Assembly: GCA_046292385.1 (NCBI GenBank) | Contig: JBKBRF010000011.1 | Location: forward strand, 64,001 to 128,000 | Length of the DNA: 64,000 nucleotides | Reading direction: 5' to 3' | DNA from: Armatimonadota bacterium | GTDB taxonomy: Bacteria; Armatimonadota; SYMT01 | Shown: one piece after another, positions 16,977 through 26,280 of the stretch | Position numbering within the stretch: the first letter of the stretch is position 1 | Layout: each line of letters begins with the position of its first letter | The notes under the pieces: generated by a model | The model's input: only the letters and a program-made list of their open reading frames with translations | Told to the model about the DNA's origin: nothing | Database searches by the model: none | Program-made: the position numbers and the translations under genes

Positions 16977-18815
16977 ATGGTAGCCGGACTCTTACTGATC
17001 CTGATCGGGACAATCACCATCATCGTGGGCGCTACCCTTCCCACGCTGGTGCCGGGCACGCCCCTGATGAACGGCATCGCCGTCAGCGTTATCGGCCTGG
17101 TGCTCTTCCTTCTCGGTCTCGGCCTCACCTGGCTCAAGCTCTACCGGAAGACCTCCGCGAACCAGGCGCTGGTGCGGACCGGCCGCGGGAAGGCGCACGT
17201 GGTGATCGACGGCGGCATCGCCGTGATCCCAGTGGTCCACGAAGTGGTGCCGGTCTCGCTGGAGACGATGAAGCTGGAGGTCGAGCGGATGGGCCAGGAC
17301 GCGCTCATCACGCAGGACAACCTCCGCGTCGACGTGAAGGCGGAGTTCTACATCCGCGTCAATCCGAGCGAAGAGGACATCCTCCAGGCGGCGCGCTCGC
17401 TCGGCACGAAGTCGATCGACGCCCGCGCGGTCGGCGGCCTCGTCTTCGAGAAGCTGGTCTCGGCGCTCCGCTCGGTGGCGGCGCAGAAAGACCTCGCCAA
17501 CATTCACAGCGACCGGAAGACGTTCGCCAGCGCGGTGCAGGAGCTGGTGGCGGAAGAGCTGCAGCAGAACGGTCTGCTGCTGGAGACGGTCACGATCTCC
17601 CGCCTCGACCAGACCGATCCGCACGGGCTCTCCGATGAGAACATCTTCGACGCCCAGGGCAAAAAGAAGATCACGGAGATCACCGCGGCGGCCCGCGTGG
17701 AGCGGAACCGGCTGGAAAAGATCGCCGAGCAGTCGATCACCGAGCAGAACGTGCGCACCACGGAGCAGGTGCTCGGTCTGGAGCGGCAGCGGGCGGAGGC
17801 GCAGGCGACCCAGGAGCGCGACGTCGCGAACATCCACGCCGAGCGCGCCCGGGAGAAGCAGGCGTTCTCCGTGGAGCAGGAGCGGGCCGTCCGCGAAGCG
17901 GAGATCGCCCGCGACCTCGCCATCGAGACCGCGAACATCGAGCGGGACCGCACCCTGATCCGGCGCCAGCAGGAGCGGGAGCAGACCGACATCGAGCGCA
18001 TCAAGGCGGTCGAGCTGGCGGAGCGCCAGAAGCAGATCGCGATCGCCGAGCAGGAAGCGCTCCGCGCGCAGGCGGAGAAGAGCGCGCTCGAGGCGAGCGC
18101 CGAGCGGGAGCGGGCGAGCCAGGACGTCGTCACCGTCCAGGCGACGGCCCAGGCCGAGCGCGAGGCGCAGACCAAGCTGATCGCCGCCAAGCAGGTGATC
18201 GAGCAGGACAAGATCAAGCGCCAGACCGACGCCGAGGTGGCGGCCTTTGCGGAGATCCGCAAGGCGGAAGCCGCGATGAAGGCGGCGGAGCTGGAAGCGC
18301 AGGCGAAGCTCCGGCTGGCCCAGGCGGAGGCCCAGGCGAAAGAGCTGATCGCCCAGGGCGACCGGGCACAGCGGATGGTGGAGGTCGACGTCGAGCGTGA
18401 GCGGGTCAACGTAGAGAAGGCGCGGGTCGACGTGGAGCGGCAGGCGCTGGAGAACCGCCAGACCTTCGAGCGGGCGGCCCTCGACTTCGAGACGAACAAG
18501 CTGCGCATCGAGGCGGAGAAGCAGGTCCAGATGGCGCTGGCCCAGGCGCTGGGACAGTTCATGTCGAAGGGCAACTTCAACGTCTACGGCGACCCGACCA
18601 CGATGTCGCAGATGTTCAACCAGTACGCGCAGGGGATGGGCTTCAGCCACAAGGTCGACGGCCTGCTGAAGAACCTGCCCGGGCCGGTAACGGATATGCT
18701 CCAGGGCATGGGTCCGCAGGCCGCGCAGGCGCTGGAGGAGTTCATGCGAGGCCGCGACGGCAACGGCAAGCTCAAGCCGGCCGATACCCCCGCTGCAGAG
18801 GCGGAGACCGCGTGA
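16977..18815 (+). CDS. Flotillin/SPFH family protein (YqiK-like)
   Basis: ALVRTG, ALITQDNLRVDVKAEFYIRV, NGLLLETVTISRLDQT, NIFDAQG and a long AE/AQ-rich coiled coil. Confidence 0.9.
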   Translation: MVAGLLLILIGTITIIVGATLPTLVPGTPLMNGIAVSVIGLVLFLLGLGLTWLKLYRKTSANQALVRTGRGKAHVVIDGGIAVIPVVHEVVPVSLETMKLEVERMGQDALITQDNLRVDVKAEFYIRVNPSEEDILQAARSLGTKSIDARAVGGLVFEKLVSALRSVAAQKDLANIHSDRKTFASAVQELVAEELQQNGLLLETVTISRLDQTDPHGLSDENIFDAQGKKKITEITAAARVERNRLEKIAEQSITEQNVRTTEQVLGLERQRAEAQATQERDVANIHAERAREKQAFSVEQERAVREAEIARDLAIETANIERDRTLIRRQQEREQTDIERIKAVELAERQKQIAIAEQEALRAQAEKSALEASAERERASQDVVTVQATAQAEREAQTKLIAAKQVIEQDKIKRQTDAEVAAFAEIRKAEAAMKAAELEAQAKLRLAQAEAQAKELIAQGDRAQRMVEVDVERERVNVEKARVDVERQALENRQTFERAALDFETNKLRIEAEKQVQMALAQALGQFMSKGNFNVYGDPTTMSQMFNQYAQGMGFSHKVDGLLKNLPGPVTDMLQGMGPQAAQALEEFMRGRDGNGKLKPADTPAAEAETA

Positions 18816-18820
18816 CCTCC

Positions 18821-18903
18821 CGTTAGCAGGTTGCAGGTTGGCAAGTTTCAGGTTAGCCCGCCGTGAACGGGGTTCGGAACCTGGAACTTGCAACCTGCTA
18901 ACG
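18821..18903. repeat. Palindromic element with GCAGGTT heptamer arms
   Basis: CGTTAGCAGGTTGCAGGTT...GGGTTCGGAACCTGGAACTTGCAACCTGCTAACG; relatives near 24640-24753, 28732-28770, 43257-43345, 51711-51930. Confidence 0.75.
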
Positions 18904-18940
18904 GCCCTCCAACAGTGACAGCAACCGCCGGGGAAAAGCC

Positions 18941-19438
18941 ATGGTCGACGCGGAAAAACAGGAGCTTCAGATCGGCGCAATGCCGTTCACCGAGGAGGCG
19001 GACGCGGCGCTCCAGGCGATGCAGGCGTGGAAGAACCGGCTGCTCGACTTCGCAGTCGACAACCCGACCGAAGCGCTGCTGGCGGTGCTGACCGGCGGGG
19101 CGATGGTTTTCTACCTGGCGGAGCGGGGCGCGAACGAGCGGGTGCAGTCGTACGCGGACGCGCTCCACTACATCGCCACCTGCTTCTCCGTCGGCTACGC
19201 CAACCTCTTCCCGCAAACGACCATCGGGAAGGTGGTCGCCGCCACCGTCATGTCGATCGGTCCCTCCCTCGCGTCCTGGCAGCTCGAAGGGCGGCTCGTC
19301 CGCCGCGCCGCCGACGCAGCGGATGCCGCCTCGCCCCCGGTGCGCCCCGACTTCGCCCCGGTGGTCGACAAGCTGGACGCGATCCTGCAGGAGCTGCAGG
19401 CCCAGAACCGCACCGCACCGGAAGCCCCCGCGAAGTAA
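18941..19438 (+). CDS. Two-TM potassium-channel family protein (Ion_trans_2-like) with atypical filter
   Basis: TM1, pore helix SYADALHYIATCF, filter SVGYA, then NLFPQTTIGKVV and TM2. Confidence 0.75.
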   Translation: MVDAEKQELQIGAMPFTEEADAALQAMQAWKNRLLDFAVDNPTEALLAVLTGGAMVFYLAERGANERVQSYADALHYIATCFSVGYANLFPQTTIGKVVAATVMSIGPSLASWQLEGRLVRRAADAADAASPPVRPDFAPVVDKLDAILQELQAQNRTAPEAPAK

Positions 19439-19519
19439 GGCGGGGGCCTCCCGGGGAGGAACTTGCCCCGTCCGTCCCACAAGTCTGCTCTGCAGCGAGG
19501 GAGCGAGACGGGACACGGC

Positions 19520-21043
19520 ATGGGATTTCAGATCGGGGTGGGGCTGGTCATTATCGCGGCGGCGGTCTTCGCCGTGCTGCGGCGGGTCGACGTGCGGCTC
19601 GCGCTGCTCCTCGCCGCGCTGGCCCTGGGCACCCTGGCGGGCGATCCCGCCGCCATCGTCCAGAAGTTCTTCGCCACCTTCACCTCGCCGGACTACGTGA
19701 TCCCGCTCGGCTGCGCGATGGGGTTCGCCTACGTGCTCCGGCACACGGAGTGCGATCAGCACCTGGTGCACCTGCTCACCGATCCACTCCGAAAGGCCCG
19801 GATCTTTCTGATCCCCGGGGCGGTGCTCGTCGGATTCATCGTCAACATCCCGATCATCAGCCAGACCAGCTCCGCCGTTGCCATCGGCTCGGTGCTGATC
19901 CCGCTGCTGCTGGCGGCCAAGGTCTCCCGCGTCACGGCCGGCGCGGCGCTGCTGCTCGGCGTCTCCATCGGCGGCGAGCTCTTCAACCAGGGCGCACCGG
20001 AATACCGCAGCGTCATTGCCGGCACGGCGGCGGTGGGGCTCCCCCGCCCCACGGAGGCTGCGCTCATCCAGCAGATGCTCCCGCTCAACCTGCTCAACCT
20101 GGCGGTGGCCACCTCCGTCTTCTGGTTCCTGAGCCTGCGGGCGGAGAAGAAGCACGCGGCGGAGCGGGAGTTCGCCGAGAGGCGGGAAGAGGCCGATCCC
20201 GCGCGGGCGCTCTTCAAGGTGAGCCTGTTCAAGGCCGCGGTCCCGCTGATCCCGCTGGCGCTCCTCTTCATCCTCGGCGAGCCGCTGCGACTGCTGTCGA
20301 TCCCCCACGAGTGGCTCGTAGGCAGTAAGGAGGCGCCGGCCCTGCTCCAGAAGGCGGCCGACTTCCTGGAGCAGCCGTCCGCCCGCGGTGCGATCGGGGC
20401 GGCGTTCAGCGCGCGGCTCATCGGGGCCGCCATGCTGATCGGCGCGATCGTCGCGGCGCTCACCGATTTCAAGAAGGCGGGCGGCGTGGCGGGCGCCTTC
20501 TTCGAGGGTGCCGGCTACGCGCTCGCCCACGTTGTCTCGATCATCGTCGCCGCCGCCTGCTTCGGGGAAGGGGTCCGCCTGATCGGACTGGACAAGCCGA
20601 TCGGTCACCTGATCGACTACGTTCCCGGCCTCCTGCAGCCGGCGGCCGGCTTCCTCACCCTCGCCTTCGGTGCGGTCTCCGGCTCCGGCATCGCCGCCAC
20701 GCAGAGCCTCTTCGGGTTCTTCGCCGCGCCCGCCCTGCAGGTCGGCGTCGCCCCGGAGCACGTCGGCGCCATCGTCTCGATCGGCGCTGCGGCGGGGCGG
20801 ACCATGTCCCCGGTCGCGGCGGTCACGCTGATGTCCGCCTCTCTCACGGAGACCGACCCGCTCGAGCTGGTGAAGCGCGTAGCGCCGCCGCTGCTGATCG
20901 GGGTCACCACCGTGGTGATCGCCGGGATGCTGATGGTGGCGTTCGGCCACCGCCGCCTGCCGGACAACGTGCCGACGGATCCGCCCGTAAAGGTGGGGCG
21001 GGTGGTGAATGACGGCGCGAGGACGGCCCCTTTGAGTCCGTGA
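19520..21043 (+). CDS. DcuC-family C4-dicarboxylate transporter
   Basis: MGFAYVLRHTECDQHLV, GAVSGSG.AA, GRTMSPVAAV motifs; many TM helices. Confidence 0.8.
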   Translation: MGFQIGVGLVIIAAAVFAVLRRVDVRLALLLAALALGTLAGDPAAIVQKFFATFTSPDYVIPLGCAMGFAYVLRHTECDQHLVHLLTDPLRKARIFLIPGAVLVGFIVNIPIISQTSSAVAIGSVLIPLLLAAKVSRVTAGAALLLGVSIGGELFNQGAPEYRSVIAGTAAVGLPRPTEAALIQQMLPLNLLNLAVATSVFWFLSLRAEKKHAAEREFAERREEADPARALFKVSLFKAAVPLIPLALLFILGEPLRLLSIPHEWLVGSKEAPALLQKAADFLEQPSARGAIGAAFSARLIGAAMLIGAIVAALTDFKKAGGVAGAFFEGAGYALAHVVSIIVAAACFGEGVRLIGLDKPIGHLIDYVPGLLQPAAGFLTLAFGAVSGSGIAATQSLFGFFAAPALQVGVAPEHVGAIVSIGAAAGRTMSPVAAVTLMSASLTETDPLELVKRVAPPLLIGVTTVVIAGMLMVAFGHRRLPDNVPTDPPVKVGRVVNDGARTAPLSP

Positions 21044-21350
21044 GACTGCCGGGCGGTTGAAACCGCAGCAACCACGGCACGAAGTTTTATCCCCCGAACG
21101 GGGGACCGCCTCCGCGGACTAAGAAGGCCCGGTTCGGGCGTCCGGAGGACGCGTGGCCGCAGGCCGTCCAGCGAGGTATTTCAATGCCTCGCGGCTCCGC
21201 GGGCGACGCGCCGCAGCCCCCGATCGATGGCTTCCCGCCACGAGGGCTCGCTTCGAACCGCACAGCCGCGCCACGCAAGCCCAAATCAACCAGCCGGGCC
21301 GAGGAGTCTCCTCCCCGGCCCGGCTGGTGCTCTCCGAAGCTTGCCGCGAC

Positions 21351-22418
21351 CTACGTAGGCCGGCGCATCATCTGGCGCAGCTCGGTGGAGTTGCCGGCGT
21401 AGACCAGCGCGTCTTCCTCGCTGATGAGCCCGGCGCGCCAGTAGCGCAGCAGGCACTGGTTCATCGTCTGCATGCCCCAGTACTCGCCGTCGCGGATGTG
21501 CTCGTAGATCATCCCGAAGCGGCCTTCTTCCACCAGCTTCGCGACGGTGGGGGTGTTGATCATCACTTCCACGCCCGGCACGCGGCCGGAGCCGTCGCCG
21601 CGCGGGACCAGCTTCTGGGAGACGACGCCCCGCAGCGAGTTGGACATACGCATACAGATCTGCGCCTTCTCGTGCGGCGGGAACATGTTGATGATGCGGT
21701 CCATCGTCTCGTAGGCGCTCGGGGTGTGCACCGTGGAGAAGACGAGGTGGCCGGTCTCCGCCGCCTGGAGGCAGATGGAGAAGGTCTCCACGTCGCGCAT
21801 TTCACCGATGAGGATCACGTCCGGAGCCTGGCGGAGCACGTACTTCATGCCGGCCTGGAAGCTCTCGGTGTCGATGTTCACCTCGCGCTGGTTGACGATC
21901 CCCATCTTGTCCTGGTGGACGAACTCGATCGGGTCCTCGATGGTGACGATGTTCTTCGGCTGGTTCTCGTTGATCTGGTTCAGCATCGCCGCCAGGGTGG
22001 TCGACTTGCCGGAGCCGGTCGGCCCGGTCACCAGCACCAGCCCCTGCTTCTGCTTGGGGAGCTCCTTCAGCACCGGCGGCACACCCAGCTCGTCCAGGTG
22101 CGGCATGGTGAGCGGGATGAGCCGGAGACACATCCCCACGGAGCCCTTCTGCTGGTAGACGTTGCAGCGGAAGCGGGAGAACGGGCGGCTAAAGCCGAGG
22201 TCCATCTCGCGGCGCTGCTCGTACCGCTGGATCTGCTGCGGCGTCATCAGCCCGTAGGCAAGCTGGCGGATGTCGTCGCCGCTCTGCACGGGATAATCGG
22301 AGCGGGTGATCTTGCCGTGGAGGCGGTAGATCGGGGGAGCGTTCTCTTTGAAGAAGACGTCCGAGGCCCGGAGCTCGTGGGCCTTAAGAAGCACATCGTC
22401 CAGACTAATTGAAGGCAT
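21351..22418 (-). CDS. pilT: Type IV pilus retraction ATPase PilT/PilU family
   Basis: GPTGSGKSTTLAAM, TIEDPIEFVH, QREV, LRQAPDVILIGEMRD, AAETGHLVFSTVH, GMQTMNQ. Confidence 0.88.
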   Translation of the reverse strand: MPSISLDDVLLKAHELRASDVFFKENAPPIYRLHGKITRSDYPVQSGDDIRQLAYGLMTPQQIQRYEQRREMDLGFSRPFSRFRCNVYQQKGSVGMCLRLIPLTMPHLDELGVPPVLKELPKQKQGLVLVTGPTGSGKSTTLAAMLNQINENQPKNIVTIEDPIEFVHQDKMGIVNQREVNIDTESFQAGMKYVLRQAPDVILIGEMRDVETFSICLQAAETGHLVFSTVHTPSAYETMDRIINMFPPHEKAQICMRMSNSLRGVVSQKLVPRGDGSGRVPGVEVMINTPTVAKLVEEGRFGMIYEHIRDGEYWGMQTMNQCLLRYWRAGLISEEDALVYAGNSTELRQMMRRPT

Positions 22419-23198
22419 TTACCGCGGTTCCTCCCCAGACGACTTCCGGCGCTGGGCCAGCAGCACGCTAACGATCAAGACTACACTGACGCCCACGACA
22501 AGCAGGATAGCGACCACGGCGGCGATCAGTCGCCAGCTCGGGCCGGATTGGCTCTGGGAAACACTGGGCACGCTGTCGGGAACGCCGCGGCTCTGATCAA
22601 TCCAGACCTCGAAGGAAACGGAGTTGTTCCCTACCCGCTGCGAACGCACCTGGAGCGGCGGCTCGGAGAAGCTCGGCGGCGGCTGCTGCATGGGGAAGCT
22701 CCCCATGAACATGAACGTCGCGCTGAAGTGACCGTACCGCCGGTAGGTTTGGATCAGGGGGTCGAGGTTGATGGCGCCCGACTGCCAGTTTGCCAGTCCG
22801 GTCATATTCGCCGAGCCGGTGGCAATCACCTCGTTCCGGCCCGGCAGCTTCTCCCGCTCCACCCGCACCTCCGCTGCCTGGGTGCCGAGGGCGGCGGCAA
22901 GCTGTTGCAGGTCCTGCCGGATCTGCGGGTCCTTGATCGACTCCGGGTACGCCACGGCGACCGAGTCCGGACCGCCGGGAATGGAGAAGACGACGACGGA
23001 GATCTCGAACGCGTTGGGATTGACCCGTGTCTCCGCGGCGGGGGCGGGAGCGTTGGCGCCCGGCTGCTGGGCGGACGCGGCGAGTGGGAGTGCCGCCAGG
23101 CCAACCGCGCAGAGGGGAAGAAGCCAGGAGCGGACCCTTCGGGCCCGGCTGGCTCCCCGGGAGTGAGACCGCGCTCCAGGCCAGAAGGAGAGGGGCAT
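22419..23198 (-). CDS. Hypothetical protein with signal peptide and C-terminal TM anchor
   Basis: Signal-like N-terminus, hydrophobic C-terminal helix, abuts the pilT start. Confidence 0.65.
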   Translation of the reverse strand: MPLSFWPGARSHSRGASRARRVRSWLLPLCAVGLAALPLAASAQQPGANAPAPAAETRVNPNAFEISVVVFSIPGGPDSVAVAYPESIKDPQIRQDLQQLAAALGTQAAEVRVEREKLPGRNEVIATGSANMTGLANWQSGAINLDPLIQTYRRYGHFSATFMFMGSFPMQQPPPSFSEPPLQVRSQRVGNNSVSFEVWIDQSRGVPDSVPSVSQSQSGPSWRLIAAVVAILLVVGVSVVLIVSVLLAQRRKSSGEEPR

Positions 23199-23290
23199 AG
23201 AAAAACCCAGTCACCGGCCGTTTCAGAAGAGGAGCCGATGCCTGCTGGCACAGGCTCCACGAACACACAGCCGGCCCTGGGTGATGGAAG

Positions 23291-23363
23291 TGGAGCAGAG
23301 GGGACTCGAACCCCTGACCCTCACGCTGCCAGCGTGATGCTCTCCCAGCTGAGCTACTGCCCC
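23291..23363 (-). tRNA. tRNA-Ala(GGC)
   Basis: GGGGCAGTAGCTCAGCTGGGAGAGC...CTGGCAG...GGTTCGAGTCC...CTGCTCCA; G3:U70 pair; CCA not encoded. Confidence 0.96.
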
Positions 23364-23382
23364 GGAACCGAACAACGCGGCG

Positions 23383-23411
23383 ATTATAGCAGCGGCCGGT
23401 TGCCGCGTCAA
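23383..23411 (-). promoter_or_regulatory. Sigma70-type promoter for tRNA-Ala
   Basis: Minus strand TTGACG-17 nt-TATAAT, with TG extension. Confidence 0.8.
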
Positions 23412-23433
23412 GACGCCGATCTAGCCTGGAAAA

Positions 23434-23532
23434 TGGCGGGGATGTGTGGGAATCGAACCCACCCAAGACAGGATCAACTGCCTCGAACAAGGTTTTGAAG
23501 ACCCGCCGAGCCACCAGGCCCGATCCACCCCC
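23434..23532 (-). tRNA. selC: tRNA-Sec(TCA)
   Basis: Anticodon loop CTTCAAA, 6-bp D-stem with 4-nt loop, long variable arm, G73 plus encoded CCA; downstream of selD. Confidence 0.95.
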
Positions 23533-23585
23533 TCGTTCCGCGCGGCGCGGCAGCGAGCTGCCGTCCCGCACGGCATATCTTACCA

Positions 23586-24620
23586 CTACGCGACGCGAAT
23601 GGTTCCCGGCTCGCCGGAAATGACGCGTCCGATCACCGCGCGCACTGCCGCGCCTTCCGCCTCCAGCGCCTGGAGCAGCGCTTCGGTCCGCTCGGCCGGG
23701 CACGCGATGAGCAGGCCGCCGGAGGTCTGCGGATCGAAGCAGGTCACGCGGACCGCCTCCGGCACCGATTCCTCGAAGCCGACGCGCTCTCCCAGGAAGG
23801 CGGCGTTGGCGCGGCCGCCGCCGGTGTTCACCCCCGCCCCCGCGTGCTCCAGGGCACCCGGGAAGAACGGGATCTGCCCCGAGGAGAGCTCCGCGGCGAC
23901 CCCGCTCTGGTCCACCATCTCGAACAGGTGCCCCAGCAGGGAGAAGCCGGTGACGTCGGTGCAGGCGTGCACCCCCACCGCCGCCATCGCCCGCGCCGCG
24001 CCGGCGTTCAGCGTCTTCATCGACTGCGTGACGACCGCGGTCTGCTCCTCGGTCGCCAGCCCCCGCTTGAGCGCCGTGGTGACGATGCCGGTGCCGACCG
24101 CCTTGGTCAGCACCAGGTCGTCCCCCACGCGGGCGCCCTTGGTGGCGGTTACCTGCGACGGGTGGACGATTCCGGTGACGCTGAGTCCGAACTTGATCAC
24201 CTCGTCGTTGACGGTGTGTCCGCCCAGCAGCAGCGCGCCGCTCTCCGCCACCTTGTCCGCCCCACCCCGCAGGATCTCCACCAGGACTTCCTTCGGGTAC
24301 CCCTCCATCGGGAAGCAGACGATGTTCATCGCCGTGAGCGGGATGCCGCCCATCGCGTAGACGTCCGAGAGCGAGTTCGCGGCGGCGATCTGGCCGTAGT
24401 CGTACGGGTCGTCGACGATCGGCGTGAAGAAGTCGAGCGTCTGGATCAGCGCCCGATCGGCGTCGATCTGGTACACGCCGGCGTCGTCGGGCGTCTCCAG
24501 CCCGACCAGCACCTTCTCGCTCACCTGTTTCGGCAGTTGGCGCAGCACCTGCGCCAGGTCCTCAGCGGACGCTTTGGACGCTCACCCGCCGCACTTGACG
24601 GTATCGGTCAAACGGATCAT
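23586..24620 (-). CDS. selD: Selenide, water dikinase (selenoprotein; UGA at codon 13, 24582-24584)
   Basis: MIRLTDTVKCGG-U-ASK...; DDAGVY, TLDFFTPIVDDP, AANSLSDVYAMGG, GGHT, TDVTGFSLLGH, DPQTSGGLL. Confidence 0.95.
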
Positions 24621-24748
24621 CGGTACCCCTCAACGTTCTGTTGCAGGTTTCCAGGTTGCAAGTTCCAGGGTTCGAACCCCGCCGACCGGAAGCAGACCGA
24701 TAGCTCGTCGGGCTGCACTAACTTGCAAACCTGCAACCTGCTAACCTG

Positions 24749-26149
24749 CTAACCCGCGCGCAGCGCGCTCGCTACGGCGGCGGCCAGCTCGTCTAGCTCC
24801 TCGTCCCGGATGGTGCGCGGGTCGAGCACCAGGCGGTCGCGCTGCACGCGGGCCCAGACGCTCGGCTCTCCCACCCGCAGGCGGCGCGACAGCTCTCCGG
24901 CGCTCACGCTCTCGGAGAAGAGGCAGACCAGCGTGGTCGGCAGCTCCTCGCCGGGTAGCGCGCCCCCGCCGACCTGCGAGATGCCCGGCTCCAGCGAAAT
25001 CACCGCCTCGACTCCTCCCAGCAGGCTCGCCAGCCGCTCCGCCCGCGCCCGCAGCGCCTCCGCGGAGAGGGAGAGCGCCGCCAGCGTCGGGATCTCCCGC
25101 ATCGCCTTCGCCTCGTCGCGGTAGAGACGGAGCGTCGCCTCGATGCCGGCGAGCGTCATCTTATCCAGCCGGACCGCGCGCATCAACGGGTGCCGCTTCA
25201 CCTGCGAGACCAGCTCCCGCTGCCCGATGATCAGGCCCGCCTGGGGTCCGCCCAGCAGCTTGTCGCCGCTGAAGGTGATCAGGTCCGCGCCGGCCCGCAC
25301 GCTCTCCTGGACGGTCGGCTCCGCCACCAGGCCGTACCGCGTTAGATCGACCAGGGCGCCGCTGCCGAGGTCGTCCATCACCGGCACGCCGTGCCGCCGG
25401 CCCACCTCGACCAGCTCGGCGAGCGACGGCTCCTCGGTGAAGCCGACGATGCGGAAGTTGCTCGGGTGGACCCGCAGGATTAGCGCGGTCTCCGGCGTGA
25501 TCGCCGCCTCGTAGTCGCGCGCCCGCACCTTGTTCGTGGTGCCGACCTCCACCAGCTTCGCGCCGCCGGAGCGGATCACGTCCGGAATCCGGAACGAGCC
25601 GCCGATCTCCACGAGCTGCCCGCGGGAGATGATCACCTCCCGCCCCTGGGCGAGCGCGGCGATGGAGAGGAAGACGGCGGCGGCGTTGTTGTTCACCGCC
25701 GCGGCGTCCTCCGCGCCGGTCAGCTCCCGCAGCAGCGGCGCAATGTGGGAGAGCCGGCTGCCGCGCTCCCCGCTCTCCGGGTCGACCTCCAGGAGCGAGT
25801 GGGACCGCGCCGCCTCGAAGGAGGCCTGGGCCGCGGCCTCGGAAAGCGCCGCGCGCCCGAGACCGGTGTGCAGCACCACTCCCGTCGCGTTGATCGCGCG
25901 GCGCAGCGACCTTCGCGCCCGCCCTTCCACGGCCGCCGCGATCTCGCGCTTTAGAGCCGGGAGGAGGTCGCCGTTGCTCGGGGCGCTCCCCGCCAGGGCG
26001 CGAGCGCGGAGGCTGTCGGTCGCGGAGCGGATCGCCTCCACCACCGGCGCGCGGCCGTGCCGCTCGATCAGCGACTCGATCTCCGGCTCCTGGAGCAGGC
26101 GATCGACCTTCGGGATGCGGCGCACCAGGCTCTGCGGGGATTCGCTCAC
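24749..26149 (-). CDS. selA: L-seryl-tRNA(Sec) selenium transferase
   Basis: INATGVVLHTGLGRA, VNNNAAAV, SRGQLVEIGGSFRIPD, EVGTTN, DLGSG, FSGDKLLGGPQAG. Confidence 0.96.
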   Translation of the reverse strand: MSESPQSLVRRIPKVDRLLQEPEIESLIERHGRAPVVEAIRSATDSLRARALAGSAPSNGDLLPALKREIAAAVEGRARRSLRRAINATGVVLHTGLGRAALSEAAAQASFEAARSHSLLEVDPESGERGSRLSHIAPLLRELTGAEDAAAVNNNAAAVFLSIAALAQGREVIISRGQLVEIGGSFRIPDVIRSGGAKLVEVGTTNKVRARDYEAAITPETALILRVHPSNFRIVGFTEEPSLAELVEVGRRHGVPVMDDLGSGALVDLTRYGLVAEPTVQESVRAGADLITFSGDKLLGGPQAGLIIGQRELVSQVKRHPLMRAVRLDKMTLAGIEATLRLYRDEAKAMREIPTLAALSLSAEALRARAERLASLLGGVEAVISLEPGISQVGGGALPGEELPTTLVCLFSESVSAGELSRRLRVGEPSVWARVQRDRLVLDPRTIRDEELDELAAAVASALRAG

Positions 26150-26280
26150 GGGGGGAAGACTCCTGGCCCATCTTAGCAACGCGCGTGCGGGATTAGCAAC
26201 GACTTCCCGGGGCGGACAACCAACCGGGGGGTCGAGGCGTCCAACTTGCAGCTTTGCAACTTTCGACGGAGACAACACTG

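Noticed and set aside
14391..22418. Complete type II secretion or type IV pilus locus
   Set aside because: Only two isolated ATPases (GspE/PilB-like and PilT-like) are present; no pilins, PilC/GspF or secretin gene in the window.
22419..23363. Genomic island integrated at tRNA-Ala, tRNA-Sec or tRNA-Met
   Set aside because: No integrase, no duplicated tRNA 3' end noticed, and the flanking genes look native.
23586..24548. ORF-track version of selD starting at 24548
   Set aside because: It omits the catalytic N-terminus; the likely real start is 24620 with UGA read as Sec.
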